DNA of 64,000 nucleotides, taken from NCBI GenBank assembly GCA_002269645.1, contig NIVC01002896.1:62001-126000 (forward strand), written 5' to 3'. The position numbers and the translations under genes were made by a program. This DNA is from Macrostomum lignano (taxonomy: Eukaryota). The notes under the pieces are model-generated. The model was given only the letters and a program-made list of their open reading frames with translations. It was not told where the DNA came from and ran no database searches. Of this stretch, positions 32,993-46,601 are shown one piece after another (positions within the stretch are counted from its first letter, which is position 1; every line of letters starts with the position of its first letter).

Positions 32993-33242
32993 TTTTCCGT
33001 CCGGTATACAAGCGGCTCAGCTTGTAGGCTATCACGATTTTGTGACAGCCAATTGCGCAGATTGTGGCTCAACAGTCGGACAAAACGCGTGCTTGCTTTA
33101 CGTGTGCGGGTCCTTCTACGTGTGCGGGTGCGGGTGCTTTAGTTTCCATGACTACTCTACGAGCTAGAACAAGTAGTCACTAGCGGATATAATTGTGGTA
33201 TTCGGTGCACACTAATTATGTAATACTTTACTTTAGTAACCA

Positions 33243-34955
33243 TGTGTCTCAGCCTACAGTATGGATGTGTCTCAGCCTACAGTATGGATGTGTCTCAGCC
33301 TACAGTATTGATGTGTCTCAGCCTACAGTATTGATGTGTCTCAATCTACAGTATTGATGTGTCTCAGCCTACAGTATGGATGTGTCTCAATCTACAGTAT
33401 TGATGTGTCTCAGCCTACAGTAATGATGTGTCTCAATCTACAGTATTGATGTGTCTCAATCTCAACTAATAATGTGTCTCAGCCTACAGTATGGATGTCT
33501 CAGCCTACAGTATGGATGTGTCTCAATCTGCAGTAATGATGTGTCTTAATCTACAGTAATGATGTGTCTCAATCTACAGTAATGATGTGTCTCAATCTAC
33601 AGTATTGATGTGTCTCAGCCTACAGTATGGATGTGTCTCAGCCTACAGTATTGATGTGTCTCAGCCTACAGTATTGATGTGTCTCAATCTACAGTATTGA
33701 TGTGTCTCAGCCTACAGTATGGATGTGTCTCAATCTACAGTATTGATGTGTCTCAGCCTACAGTAATGATGTGTCTCAATCTACAGTATTGATGTGTCTC
33801 AATCTCAACTAATAATGTGTCTCAGCCTACAGTATGGATGTCTCAGCCTACAGTATGGATGTGTCTCAATCTGCAGTAATGATGTGTCTTAATCTACAGT
33901 AATGATGTGTCTCAATCTACAGTAATGATGTGTCTCAATCTACAGTATTGATGTGTCTCAGCCTACAGTATGGATGTGTCTCAATCTACAGTATTGATGT
34001 GTCTCAGCCTACAGTAATGATGTGTCTCAATCTACAGTATTGATGTGTCTCAATCTACAGTATTGATGTGTCTCAATCTACAGTATGGATGTGTCTCAAT
34101 CTACAGTATGGATGTGTCTCAATCTACAGTAATGATGTGTCTCAATCTACAGTATTGATGTGTCTCAGCCTACAGTATGGATGTGTCAGCCTACAGTATG
34201 GATGTGTCTCAATCTACAGTATTGATGTGTCTCAATCTACAGTATTGATGTGTCTCAATCTACAGTATTGATGTGTCTCAATCTACAGTATTGATGTGTC
34301 TCAATCTACAGTATGGATGTGTCTCAATCTACAGTATTGATGTGTCTCAATCTACAGTAATGATGTGTCTCAATCTGCAGTAATGATGTGTCTCAATCTA
34401 CAGTATTGATGTGTCTCAATCTGCAGTAATGATGTGTCTCAATCTACAGTATTGATGTGTCTCAGCCTACAGTATGGATGTGTCTCAATCTACAGTATTG
34501 ATGTGTCTCAATCTACAGTATGGATGTGTCTCAATCTACAGTATGGATGTGTCTCAATCTACAGTATGGATGTGTCTCAATCTACAGTAATGATGTGTCT
34601 CAATCTACAGTATGGATGTGTCTCAATCTACAGTAATGATGTGTCTCAATCTACAGTATGGATGTGTCTCAATCTACAGTATGGATGTGTCTTAATCTAC
34701 AGTATTGATGTGTCTCAGCCTACAGTAATAATGTGTCTCAGCCTACAGTAATGATGTGTCTCAATCTACAGTAATGATGTGTCTTAATCTACAGTATTGA
34801 TGTGTCTCAATCTCCAGTATTGATGTGTCTTAATCTCCAGTAATGATGTGTCTCAGCCTACAGTATGGATGTGTCTCAATCTACAGTAATGATGTGTCTT
34901 AATCTACAGTATTGATGTGTCTCAATCTCCAGTATTCATGTGTCTCAATCTCGAG
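33243..34955. repeat. 23-bp minisatellite GATGTGTCTCAATCTACAGTA(T/A)T, ~1.7 kb
   Basis: Tandem periodicity of 23 bp, with an internal ~343-bp block duplication. Confidence 0.97.
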
Positions 34956-35549
34956 TAATGGCCGGTCCTAACCAACAGTATTGCTGCTTCTAAATTTTAA
35001 GCAATACATTTTAAGAATATTGGATGGATGCATTTCAATTTCAAGTTTGAGTTGAGTACTCTACTCATCAATTGGAGAAAGTAGCGAGTAGAGAATATAA
35101 CTGCCGTATCCGGTGCACATTAAAAATATTCACGGAAAGCCGCAGTTTCAATCGCTTCTGCAACCTCACGAACTCGGAAGGTCTTTACGGTTTCCAATCT
35201 GCTGAGCGATTGTCACGTGTCACTCCGTCATCGCTCCGGGGGGTTGGAGAACTCTGCAGACCATGCTTGGAGCTCTATAGCTTATCACCATGGTGTAACC
35301 ATGCGCCCCAGCGATCCGTGATCAGAGACAGGCCGCAGCAGTACTTCTCTGAGCTGTCGGGTGATAAACTGGGCTCATTAATCAGAAGGCGCAGGGCGAC
35401 TGCAAGTTTCCTGTTTGAGAGGGCCGCACCGCAGCTCACGCGATGCCTGCTCGACCTCTTAATCTGCAAGGGAAGTGACTGGAGAGCGACCGAGCAGCCG
35501 ATTGCATGACAACAAAGGTCAGATGTGTCTCCGTCATCTACCTCTACCT

Positions 35550-35750
35550 GGGGTGTCTCAATCTCCAGTAATGATGTGTCTCAATCTGCAATAATGATGT
35601 GTCTCAATCTCCAGTAATGATGTGTCTCAATCTCCAGTAATGATGTGTCTCAATCTCCAGTAATGATGTGTCTCAATCTGCAGTAATGATGTGTCTCAAT
35701 CTGCAGTAATGATGTGTCTCAATCTGCAGTAATGATGTGTCTCAATCTGG
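35550..35750. repeat. Second short array of the same 23-bp family
   Basis: GATGTGTCTCAATCT(C/G)CAGTAAT units resume after ~590 bp of unique sequence. Confidence 0.9.
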
Positions 35751-36871
35751 AGTCTAATGTGTCCTAGTCTTTAGAAATTGTGTCACAATGGAGTCGATGT
35801 GTCAATTGCTCTTCTGAAAGTCGAACCAGACTGAAGATGAAGTCGCAAGCATAACAGCATTTGGCACTATTTTATCAGCGATTTGTCTGCTTTTGTAAAA
35901 CATTCTTTAGAAACCTTTTAAGAGGCCCAGCTTCTTTTAAAGAAAGCAGACAGGTGCAAAATCGTATGGTCTGTCAGTTATTTTTTATTAGCTGAGGCCT
36001 TCCCTGTGACTGAGGGGTCCCTAGGATAGCAGCAGACCTTTGCGTTGCCTGAATTCTGTTCCTTTTGCTGGCGCTTCAAGCTCTATTGGCCTCACCTTTA
36101 AAGGTGCATTCCGTCTGTTCCGCAAAAGCGATAGCTACGAATATAACAATCGACAATCTACATTTCATCCTCTCCTGGCCAATTATTAGGTAAATAATTA
36201 GATTCGGAAAAATACAGACACTTTTGCCCATTTCCAGCCACTTGTAACTACATTTAACCTTCAATTGACCTCTTGAGCTGAAATATATAGTTTAGCTGTA
36301 CGTCTCTGCGTTAAAAACTAGCCAATTCAGCGCTTTAATTTGGGCATTCAAAAATTTATTTAATCTTGTGGAAGGTCAAAACTGGATGACAGAAACAGAC
36401 AAACTGCTGTAACGGTTACAGCGAATCAAGTTGCAGTTGATTTTTTAAGCCTCTTCGACCGCTGATTCGCTGAAGGACCAGCAGGGTGGGGGGGGGGTGT
36501 GGTACTGGCTAATAGCTGCTTAAAAAGTAGCGGAGCTCCGATCTGTAAAGTGCTCTAAATCTGTTTTCCAGCACAGCGGCATCGATTTTCCGAATTCTCA
36601 AAACAGCAACCTTTTTTTCTGCGCCAGCTGGCAAGCGTTGTGAGTTTCACTTGAATTTGGTTCTGGCCTCTCTACTCTCTGTGTACTCCGTGGGGCTCTG
36701 TGATCGTTGCTGGGACTCAAAGTGGATTTTCTAATGCGTGTCTTATGCATGCGGCTGAGCTCACTTGCGACTCCGAGTGGAAGTTCAACCACCGAGTCTG
36801 CTTATCTATCGAGTGCTCTTCACCTGAACATCGCTTCCCCTGATCACGACCGAGTGCTCCATTCCGCCTGC

Positions 36872-37143
36872 GACTGACTGACTGACTGACTGACTGACTG
36901 ACTGACTGACTGACTGACTGACTGACTGACTGACTGACTGACTGACTGACTGACTGACTGACTGACTGACTGACTGACTGACTGACTGACTGACTGACTG
37001 ACTGACTGACTGACTGACTGACTGACTGACTGACTGACTGACTGACTGACTGACTGACTGACTGACTGACTGACTGACTGACTGACTGACTGACTGACTG
37101 ACTGACTGACTGACTGACTGACTGACTGACTGACTGACTGACT
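36872..37143. repeat. (GACT)n microsatellite, ~68 units
   Basis: Pure tetranucleotide run. Confidence 0.99.
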
Positions 37144-37823
37144 AAGACACAAGACAAGATGTAAAGAAATCAATAATTCCAACTGATTGAGCCTTCGCTA
37201 ACAAAAGTACAGACACCAGCACCCAATACCTGGAACAAGCTATTGAAGGGAAAAATCAAACAGCGGTGATTGAAGCCGAGATGAAAGAGCTGCACATCCC
37301 AATGTGATGCAGCACAGTTGGCCGCACAAACAGCTGCTTTGAGAGCCTTGAGGCGCACTTAGCGGCGGCTAGCGGCAGGCGGACAGACAGGCAGGCAGAC
37401 AGCCACAGAAGGCAGATGCCCCAGGGACTCAGTGGAAGTGGAAGGCAATTGTAGCGAGGCCACTTGGCCCAATTCCGCGGCCATGTGAGCTGTTATTATT
37501 GTCCGTCTCTTAATTCCTAGAGCTGCGGCTACGCATGATGAGGACCTGCTCTCGTGTTGCTATGGGGAATCGCGCTACATGAGAGAGCGCGGAACACAGA
37601 ATGATGAACTGCCCGAACTTTACTGCTCAGAGAAGGAACTGAGCAGCCCCGGCTGAGGCAGGAATAGTTGCAATCAAGTCCGCTGTAGCCAGCTGAAATT
37701 GAATTCCAGCTGGCCAACTGGGGCCTCTCGGAATCCACGGCTTATTAATGCGAAACTTGCCAAATACCTGCCAGCTTACTGAGTGCAAGTGTAGGTCTCT
37801 GTGGGTTCTATGGCTCTACACCA

Positions 37824-38614
<791 letters not shown>

Positions 38615-39441
38615 AACAGTGGACCCTAAAGTTACATTATGTAGCCGAGTTCCCATTCAGAATGGAAACCTGAAGCCGAAATTTCACTGAAGTCCAGCAT
38701 CATTAAAAGCACTGAGGAAGCTTCATCGACCAGTGCACGAAAGCAGCAGCCACCCAGTTGAGTTGTCGGACACTTTGCTAAGATAGCAGCTACAACAGGA
38801 GTAGCCGAGCTTTTGTAAATGTTTACTTGTTAATCCGTTAATAAGGGTACTTGTGCATAGATACCATTAGTATTATGAGTAGTACTATACATACACATAT
38901 GTAAATACAGTGCATGTGTATCACATAGTCATATGGTACATCTGAGAAGCAGGTGCAGGTACGAGTAGATAAACTTAAAATGCTGCAACTGAAATGCGCC
39001 GGGGTTACAAGCGGAGCGGGCAGTCTAACTGAGCGACACAATTTTGCAACAGAAATAATAACCGAGAATTAAACAAAACGTCTGACAGAGTTGAGTACGC
39101 TGCTCAGAAATGAATGATTCTTCCTGGTCGGAGTCGGTAGTGTTTGAAGATATGCTCACTTGCTGCTGCGGTTGCTAAGGGTAAAGAATGAAATGAATGG
39201 CCTAGGACTTTCAAAGCAAACGGACTTGAGCTGCCTCTCTCTCTCTCTCTCTCTCTCTCTCGCTCGGTTTCTCCTATGTAAATAATAAGTGCACGGCTGT
39301 CGCACTGCGGCCGACTAAAGACCCCCCCTCCCCCGACCACTCATCCCAGATCCAGTCGCATTTCCCGAGACCGCGGTTTCTTGATATTGAGTTGATTCCA
39401 GATGAAGTCGGTCGGGGGTCGGGGGGGGGGGCTCTGGGTGC

Positions 39442-40392
39442 TCAGCAGCATTGGCAACGGTTCAGCCAGCCCGTCAGCGCCTCTTTGACCTTCGCACCGA
39501 CCCCGGACTTTCGCCCGTCGTCGCCCTTCGCCTTGCCGACTCCGCTGTCTTCGACGTCGCCGTCTCCGCAGCCGCTGGACGAGTCGGGACTCGGGCCGGC
39601 CGGCAGCTCGCCAGCTGGGCCCGGCCGCGGACCTCCAAGCGGCCGGCTGTGCCTCTCCGTGAGCTCCTTGGCCACCTCCAGCATCATGGCGTCGACCTCG
39701 ACGTTCTCGTCGTCGGCCAAGACGCTGAGGCAGAAGATTGGCGCAGCTGAGGCGGCCAGCTGCCTTGCGGCGGACAGGGTGGCGGTGTGCTGCCCGAGGT
39801 CGGTCTTGTTGCCCACCAGCACCAGCATCGGGCGCGGCGGGCCGCAGGTCTCGGCCAGTGCGCACCATCTGCCCAGCTCGTGGGTGCAGTCGCGCGACGC
39901 GTCAAAGACGATGAACAACGCGTGCAGGAAGCGCAGCTGCCTGTCCAGGCCGGTTTCCAGGGTGGCCCGGCCTGGCGTGTCCCAGCACTGGAAGGTCACG
40001 TGATGCCTACCGATGGCTACGGCTTTGGATCGCGGAGCGGCCGACAAAGTCTCTGTGTAGCCGTCGCTGAACTGACTGTGGGTGAAGCGGCAGATCAGTT
40101 TGGTCTTGCCGACCCGGCTCGGACCGGCGAACGCCACAGTGAAGTGCCAGTTCCGGCCCTCCTGCGGTGGCGGTAGAGGCTGCAGCGGCAGCGGCTGCTG
40201 AGTGATGCTGGCGCTGCCGGCCGAGTGCAACTGAAACTCTTGAACTGGTGGCTCTCCTGCTGGATCTGCCAACGGTTCTTCAACTGGTGTTTCCTCATCT
40301 GACGCAGCTTCGGTTTGTTGCTGTTGCTGGTCTGGCTGCTCGTCTGGCTGCTGTGGCATGACAAGTTCTTCCACTGTATCCGGCTCAGGCAT
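39442..40392 (-). CDS. Intronless atypical Rab-like small GTPase with acidic/Q-rich N-terminal extension and C-terminal CQCC
   Basis: G1 GPSRVGKT, G3 WDTPGR, G4 GNKTD, and a terminal Cys cluster (prenylation-type). 316-aa single ORF. Confidence 0.85.
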   Translation of the reverse strand: MPEPDTVEELVMPQQPDEQPDQQQQQTEAASDEETPVEEPLADPAGEPPVQEFQLHSAGSASITQQPLPLQPLPPPQEGRNWHFTVAFAGPSRVGKTKLICRFTHSQFSDGYTETLSAAPRSKAVAIGRHHVTFQCWDTPGRATLETGLDRQLRFLHALFIVFDASRDCTHELGRWCALAETCGPPRPMLVLVGNKTDLGQHTATLSAARQLAASAAPIFCLSVLADDENVEVDAMMLEVAKELTERHSRPLGGPRPGPAGELPAGPSPDSSSGCGDGDVEDSGVGKAKGDDGRKSGVGAKVKEALTGWLNRCQCC

Positions 40393-41429
40393 AGCTCTTC
40401 TTCTACACTTCTAGAAGGCAACAGACAGCCAGAGAGCAACCTTTTAGCTTATTGAATAATAATGGGTTCTATAGCAAGTACTCGAGCTGAGTATTTGAGA
40501 CCTGATGGGGAATAAACAAGCTGGTTAAGCAGAGCATTGAGCTGTCTATGGGCAAAAGCTCCCATGCCTCCTCGTCTTGGAAATCCTCCATGCACTTGGG
40601 GATTAGCGACTGTCATGTTTTAAGTCTTGAGTTGGGGTGCCCAGTTTCCACGGTGCAGGAACCAACAATTCGATCGAAATTGAGCCCCGAGACTTAACGC
40701 ACTTTTCCCGCTTTGCTATTGGAAAGAAGCCTCCCGTAATTAATGCTCACCGCGGCCATTATCAACTCGTCTTACAGCCTGCAACTGGAGACTCTGGCGG
40801 AAAACTATGCTCATAATTATCCTGCTTCTCGTCTCTCTCAATCATGTGCCTCTCTAGTTGTATAAAATATTCTTCTCTGACTGGGAGGCCTGGGGCAGCT
40901 GGATAGTGAGATGAAGACAGGCCTTTTTGAATTTTGGCTCAGGCCATCCCTCGGATGCGTGACGGGGCGCCTGTGTTTGCTCCGCCAGCAATGGCAAACA
41001 CGAAAACTTCTTCAAGGCCAGCCTTCACACTCTTGAGCTGCCTGCCATGAAATCCTCTCTACCATGAAAAGAGCTCACTGAACAGGTGACTGCCAATTCA
41101 CCAATATGCCCTTTGTTGCAATAGCAGTGCGGAGCGTCAGAGAATAGGCGCGCACAATGAATTGTACTGTAGGCTAAGGAGCATCTCTGCTGTATTCAAG
41201 GAAAGGTCGCTCACGAGGTTTGTACAGACAGCAGCCCGGTGCACTTTTACGCACTTGGGCCCTGGGCTTTTTCACGCATTTATTAGTCAGAGATTTCTGA
41301 AAATGTAAACTTATAAAAGCGAAATCCTTGCTGGTCTACTCACTCCACGATTCTCAAGTATTTTGTATGTATAATTTAGAAGTCCTTAACGGCTAATGAT
41401 GGCAAGTTCTGTATGCAATTCTTTGAATT

Positions 41430-41710
41430 GATTGCACCTGCCCCAATTGGGCCAGTTGTGCAACCGACAGCTCAGCCGCAGCTATTGCGCGGCGCATCTG
41501 AAGGCTGCGTACGGCTGTTCAGTCCAAGGACTGGGGGGTCGCCACACACCCTCAATTACCCCAGCTAATGCTGGCACCCATTTTACAGCTGGGTGAACTG
41601 AAGCAATGCAGAGTTAAGTGTCTTGCTCAAGGATATAAATTGTTCCTGGGTCGGGAATCGAACCCCCGACCTTTCAGTCGTGAGTCCCATGCTTTAACCA
41701 CTAGGCTACA
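41430..41710 (-). mobile_element. tRNA-derived SINE with a CORE(MIR)-like central domain
   Basis: Minus-strand head GTAGCCTAGTGGTTAAAGC (A box) ... GGTTCGATTCCC (B box) at ~41709-41650. Adjacent cccattttacagctgggtgaactgaagcaatgcagagttaagtgtcttgctcaagg (~41575-41632) resembles the CORE consensus. The tail boundary is approximate. Confidence 0.75.
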
Positions 41711-41948
41711 ACCCCTTGTAGGCAATCTGTATGCAAAGACTACTAAAATACTATGGACATGTAGAGCAAAACTTATAGGCCGACGAGCTTTCAACTTTTA
41801 TTATCATGGACTTCTAAAAATAGCGCCTGGACTAAACTTCCCATTTTGGCAGTGGTGCTTCCAGTCCAGGTACTTATAGCTTTAGAAGTCCACGCTAATG
41901 GACAATCCAACCCCGTAATCAGCTCTCCAGTTCGACCCGCCAAAACCG

Positions 41949-42788
41949 ATGGCCGACACCTGCTGCGGCGGCCAGTTGGACGCCGGCAACGCCTCGCTGT
42001 CAGTCTGCGAGCTGCCGAGCCAGAGCGGCGCGAACATCTGGCCGACCCTCAGCCTCTTCCTCGTTGGCGCCGCCGGCAACCTGCTCGCCCTGCTGGTGCT
42101 GCTGCGGCGTCGCCGGCCGGCGAAATCGGGCCGAGCCAGCCTGTTCTACTCACTGCTCACCGCCCTGATTGCCGCCGACCTGCTGGCCCAGCTGCTCACC
42201 TCAAGTGCACCGCTGGCCGTGTACGCTCAGGGCAGCTACAACTCCAGCTCCCGTCGGCTGCGCCTCGTCTGGACTGGCGGCGATCTGGCCTGCCAGGCTC
42301 ACGCGGTTGTCATGACAACCGTGTCTCTAGGCGAGCCCCTTCTAGTACTTTGCATGTCGATTGAACGGCTATTGTGCCTGGCTAATAGGCGCAGGTGTCA
42401 CGTGACCAGGTGGTTGCTAGGCCTGCTCTGCGCGGCCCTGCTGACGGCCTGCCTGCCCCTGGCCGGGCTGGGCTCCTACCGGCTGCAGTATCCGGCCACC
42501 TGGTGCTTCGTCGACTCGCGTTCCGGACGTCCGGCCGACCGGGCCTTCGCCGCGGGCCTGGGCCTGTGGAACGTGGCCGTCATTGTGCTCATCGTGGCCA
42601 GCAACCTGTGGGTCATCTGGCGGCTGCTGTCCGTCCGGCGGGTCCGCAAGGCGATGGCCAGGGGCAACGATAGGCCGTCGTTTCGCGGGGCGGCGCGGCC
42701 GAAGTACATGCGGGCCATGGAGGTGCAGCTGCTGGTCATCCTCGTGGCCATCACGGCATCCTTCGCCCTCTGCTGGTCTCCGCTGATG
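41949..42788 (+). CDS. Prostanoid-receptor-like class A GPCR, exon 1 (TM1-TM6)
   Basis: GAAGNLLAL (TM1), LIAADLLAQL (TM2), MSIERLLCL, ECL2 YRLQYPATWCF (prostanoid QYPGTWCF-type), MEVQLLVIL...LCWSPLM. Donor GTGAGG at 42789, phase 0. Confidence 0.88.
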
Positions 42789-42999
42789 GTGAGGGCTCCG
42801 ATCTGCGTCCATAGGTTGCATTGTGTATGTTAAACACTCTCTTTGATCCCAATATTCCCAAAGATACTCCTCTAGGTTTTCCTCTCAAAATTCCCTGAAA
42901 TTTCCTTGAAATCTGAGAAAACTGATTGAGATTCCGCTGAAATACCAATTCGTTGAGATTTTCCGTGATTCCCTTTAAGATTCTCTCTGAAATTCTCCC

Positions 43000-44120
43000 T
43001 GGACTTTTTTCAATATTCTCCCGAGATTTTCCCTGAAATTCCCCCAGATATTCTCTCTGGAATTCCCTCTGAGATTCTCCCTGGAATTCTCCCCGGGATT
43101 CTCCCTGAAGTTCCCTCCGAGATTCTTCCTGGCGTTCCCTCCGAAATTCTCCCTGAAATTCCCTCCGAGATTCTCCCCAGAGATTACTTCCGAAATTCTC
43201 CCTGAAATTCCCTCCGAGATTCTCCCCAGAGATTACTTCCGAAATTCTCCCTGAAATTCCCTCCGATATTCTTCATGGAATTCCCCCAGAGCTTCTCCTT
43301 GAAATTCCCTCCTTGAAATTCCCTCTGAGATTCTCCCTGAAATCCCTTCAATATTCTCCCTGGAATCCCTCCGAGATTCTCCCTGGAATCCCTTCGAGAT
43401 TCTCCCTGGAATCCCTTCGAGATTCTCCCTGGAATCCCTCCGAGATTCTCCCTGGAATCCCTTCAAGATTCTCCCTGGAATCCCTTCAAGATTCTCCCTG
43501 GAATCCCTCCGAACTTCTCCCTGGAATCCCTTCAAGATTCTCCCTGGAATCCCTCCGAGATTCTCCCTGGAATCCCTTCAAGATTCTCCCTGGAATCCCT
43601 CCGAGATTCTCCCTGGATTCCCGACGAGATTCTCCCTGGAATCCCTCCGAGATTCTCCCTGGAATCCCTCCGAGATTCTCCCTGGAATCCCTTCAAGATT
43701 CTCCCTGGAATCCCTCCGAGATTCTCCCTGGAATCCCTCCGAGATTCTCCCTGGAATCCCTCCGAGATTCTCCCTGGAATCCCTCCGAGATTCTCCCTGG
43801 AATCCCTCCGAGATTCTCCCTGGAATCCCTTCAAGATTCTCCCTGGAATCCCTCCGAGATTCTCCCTGGAATCCCTCCGAGATTCTCCCTGGAATCCCTT
43901 CAAGATTCTCCCTGGAATCCCTCCGAGATTCTCCCTGGAATCCCTTCAAGATTCTCCCTGGAATCCCTTCAAGATTCTCCCTGGAATCCCTCCGAACTTC
44001 TCCCTGGAATCCCTTCAAGATTCTCCCTGGAATCCCTCCGAGATTCTCCCTGGATTCCCGACGAGATTCTCCCTGGAATCCCTCCGAGATTCTCCCTGGA
44101 ATCCCTCCGAGATGCTCCCA
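43000..44120. repeat. 23-bp intronic minisatellite GAGATTCTCCCTGGAATCCCT(CC/TC)
   Basis: Tandem periodicity, degenerate at the left and homogeneous at the right. Source of several spurious ORFs. Confidence 0.95.
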
Positions 44121-44629
44121 GAGCAAAAGTTTCCCAGTTGATGTGGTCCTGGTCCTGTTTCTTGGCAAAACTATCAAGCAGTTTCGCATCAAAGAACCCA
44201 CTTTAGCCGGTACAGGATTTCAAACTCTTCTTATTTGCCGAACACAGGATTGAAGAGCAAACAGTAGCAAGAGCCTTTCAAAGCAATAAACCCGGGTTAA
44301 AAAAGATTTTTGCTTCTGATTTACAGCTGGTGGCCCGAAAATGCGGCCTCTGCTCCAATTCTGTTCCAGTTGCTGCTTTTCCCTGCTCTCCAGCTCGTTC
44401 GGGGCAAAGTTGACAAATTGTAAATTTCTTTCTGCAGCGCACCGCCAGAGGGTCTGAGCACAGTTTATTGGCTTTGCAATGCAAACACCAGATTCAAATG
44501 CTGAGGGGATGCTGCGCTGCCGCCTGCTTCAACCAATTCTGCAGCTCAACTGGGTTTGTCCTTGAAACGACCTTCGAAGCATTCTCATTCCATCTTCATC
44601 ATCTGTCACAGCTTCTTTCGCACCTGTCT

Positions 44630-44890
44630 CCTATCTGTCTTCTTCTTCCTCTCACAGCTGTCTACCTCTCACAGCTGTCCCCCTTTCCCACCTGTCTTCC
44701 TCTCACAGCTGTCTACCTCTCACAGTTGTCTCCCTCTCCCACCTGTCTCCCTCTCACAGCTGTCTCCCTCTCACAGCTGTCTCCCTCTCCCACCTGTCTC
44801 CCTCTCACAGCTGTCCCCCTCTCCCACCTGTCTCCCTCTCACAGCTGTCTCCCTCTTTCCCTCTCTCTCTCCCTCTCCCTCTCTCATTCT
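44630..44890. repeat. Pyrimidine-rich intronic repeat (ctctcacagctgtc / ctcccacctgtc)
   Basis: Short tandem array related to the 45800-46520 array. Confidence 0.8.
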
Positions 44891-45799
44891 CCCACCTAGT
44901 TCTAGCCTTTCCTATCTCAAATTTACTGCTTTCTCAGACTACTTTAACCCAAAAGTGCACAAATATGAGCTACAAAACCGTAAAGAATATAAGATTCATT
45001 CCCTAATGTCCTTCCTAGCTATTCTCCATACTCAATGGGTCTCCCATGCAGAGCGGAGTATCAATCTAATGAGCCACTTACTTCACACTTCACTTCCCAA
45101 CCGAGGTTTAAAGAAAAATTTTCAACCCGTCAGTCAGCGCAGCCAAATTCTTAAAATTATTTGTTTGAATTTTATAGTAAGTCAGCACGTATAATTCGAT
45201 TTAAAAATTTTGAGCCAACAGTATTTATTGCGTTGTATTGTACTTTGTTCTTCTGGGTAGCTAAAAATATCTACCGCACGAATATTACTCATAGTAAGCG
45301 AAGGGTCTTTATGGTATTTTATACTTAAACGACCGATGGTGTTTGTGTTAAAATGAGCCTTAGAAGCTCTTTGCTAGTGAAAATTAAAGTTTATTAAGTA
45401 CTCCAATTCCTATAAGTTCCTGTGCTTTTAAAAAGCGAGTTTTTTACTCTGCTTGGCTACTGGAAGTAGCTGTCTCGGAAGATACAAGTATTAATGTATG
45501 AAATATAAAATATTTAAAGTGTGATATGTAATTCTCTGATTTAGCATTCAGGTAATATAGGTGTTGCAGCGATAAATCACTGAATAAATGAGTAATGCAC
45601 TGAATGAATTCCTGATTGCACGCTAACCGCGCCCAACTCTACTTAACTTGCAGTGCTATCGTTCATTCTGCCGATTATGCATCATATTTCATGATATTCA
45701 TCATATATTTTGCCTAATTTATTCATTTTTACAACCTAATGTGGCTGATAAATGTCTGATATCAACAATTACTACTTATAGAGCTTTCTAATAATTTAC

Positions 45800-46520
45800 A
45801 GCTGTCTCCCTCTTCCATCTATCTCCTTCTCTCCCTCTCCCACCTGTCTCCATCTCTCCCTTTCCCACCTGTCTCCATGTCTCCCTCTCCCACCTGTCTC
45901 CATGTCTCCCTCTCCCACCTGTCTCCATGTCTCCCTCTCCCACCTGTCTCCATGTCTCCCTCTCCCACCTGTCTCCATGTCTCCCTCTCCCACCTGTCTC
46001 CATGTCTCCCTCCCCCACCTGTCTCCATGTCTCCCTCTCCCACCTGTCTCCATGTCTCCCTCTTCCATCTATCTCCTTCTCTCCTTCTCCCACCTGTCTC
46101 CATGTCTCCCTCTCCCACCTGTCTCCATGTCTCCCTCTTCCATCTATCTCCTTCTCTCCTTCTCCCACCTGTCTCCATGTCTCCCTCTCCCACCTGTCTC
46201 CATGTCTCCCTCTTCCATCTATCTCCTTCTCTCCTTCTCCCACCTGTCTCCATGTCTCCCTCTCCCACCTGTCTCCATGTCTCCCTCTTCCATCTATCTC
46301 CTTCTCTCCTTCTCCCACCTGTCTCCATGTCTCCCTCTCCCACCTGTCTCCATGTCTCCCTCTTCCATCTACCTCCTTCTCTCCTTCTCCCACCTGTCTC
46401 CATGTCTCCCTCTCCCACCTGTCTCCATGTCTCCCTCTCCCACCTGTCTCCATGTCTCCCTCTCCCACCCGTCTCCCTGTCTCCCCATCTCCGTCTCCCA
46501 CATGTCTCCCTTTCTTCGCT
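45800..46520. repeat. 25-bp pyrimidine-rich minisatellite TCTCCCTCTCCCACCTGTCTCCATG with ~83-bp higher-order units
   Basis: Tandem units interleaved with a recurring ttccatctatctccttctctcc segment. Confidence 0.93.
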
Positions 46521-46601
46521 CTCTACGACTAAATTCGTGATAGTTTCGCACCGTTTCAATTAGCTAAATTAAAGGAAATGAAACCTTGAATTTCCTCGCA
46601 G

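Noticed and set aside
40500-41400. Degenerate coding or TE fragment upstream of the Rab-like gene
   Set aside because: Short protein-like stretches only, with no recognisable motif or boundaries.
41645-41710. Functional tRNA gene
   Set aside because: A and B boxes are present, but the anticodon and acceptor stems do not pair properly and the sequence runs directly into a CORE-like domain. It is a SINE head.
43233-46563. Multiple overlapping 100-300 aa ORFs
   Set aside because: They derive from minisatellites inside the GPCR intron and are open on both strands with periodic sequence.
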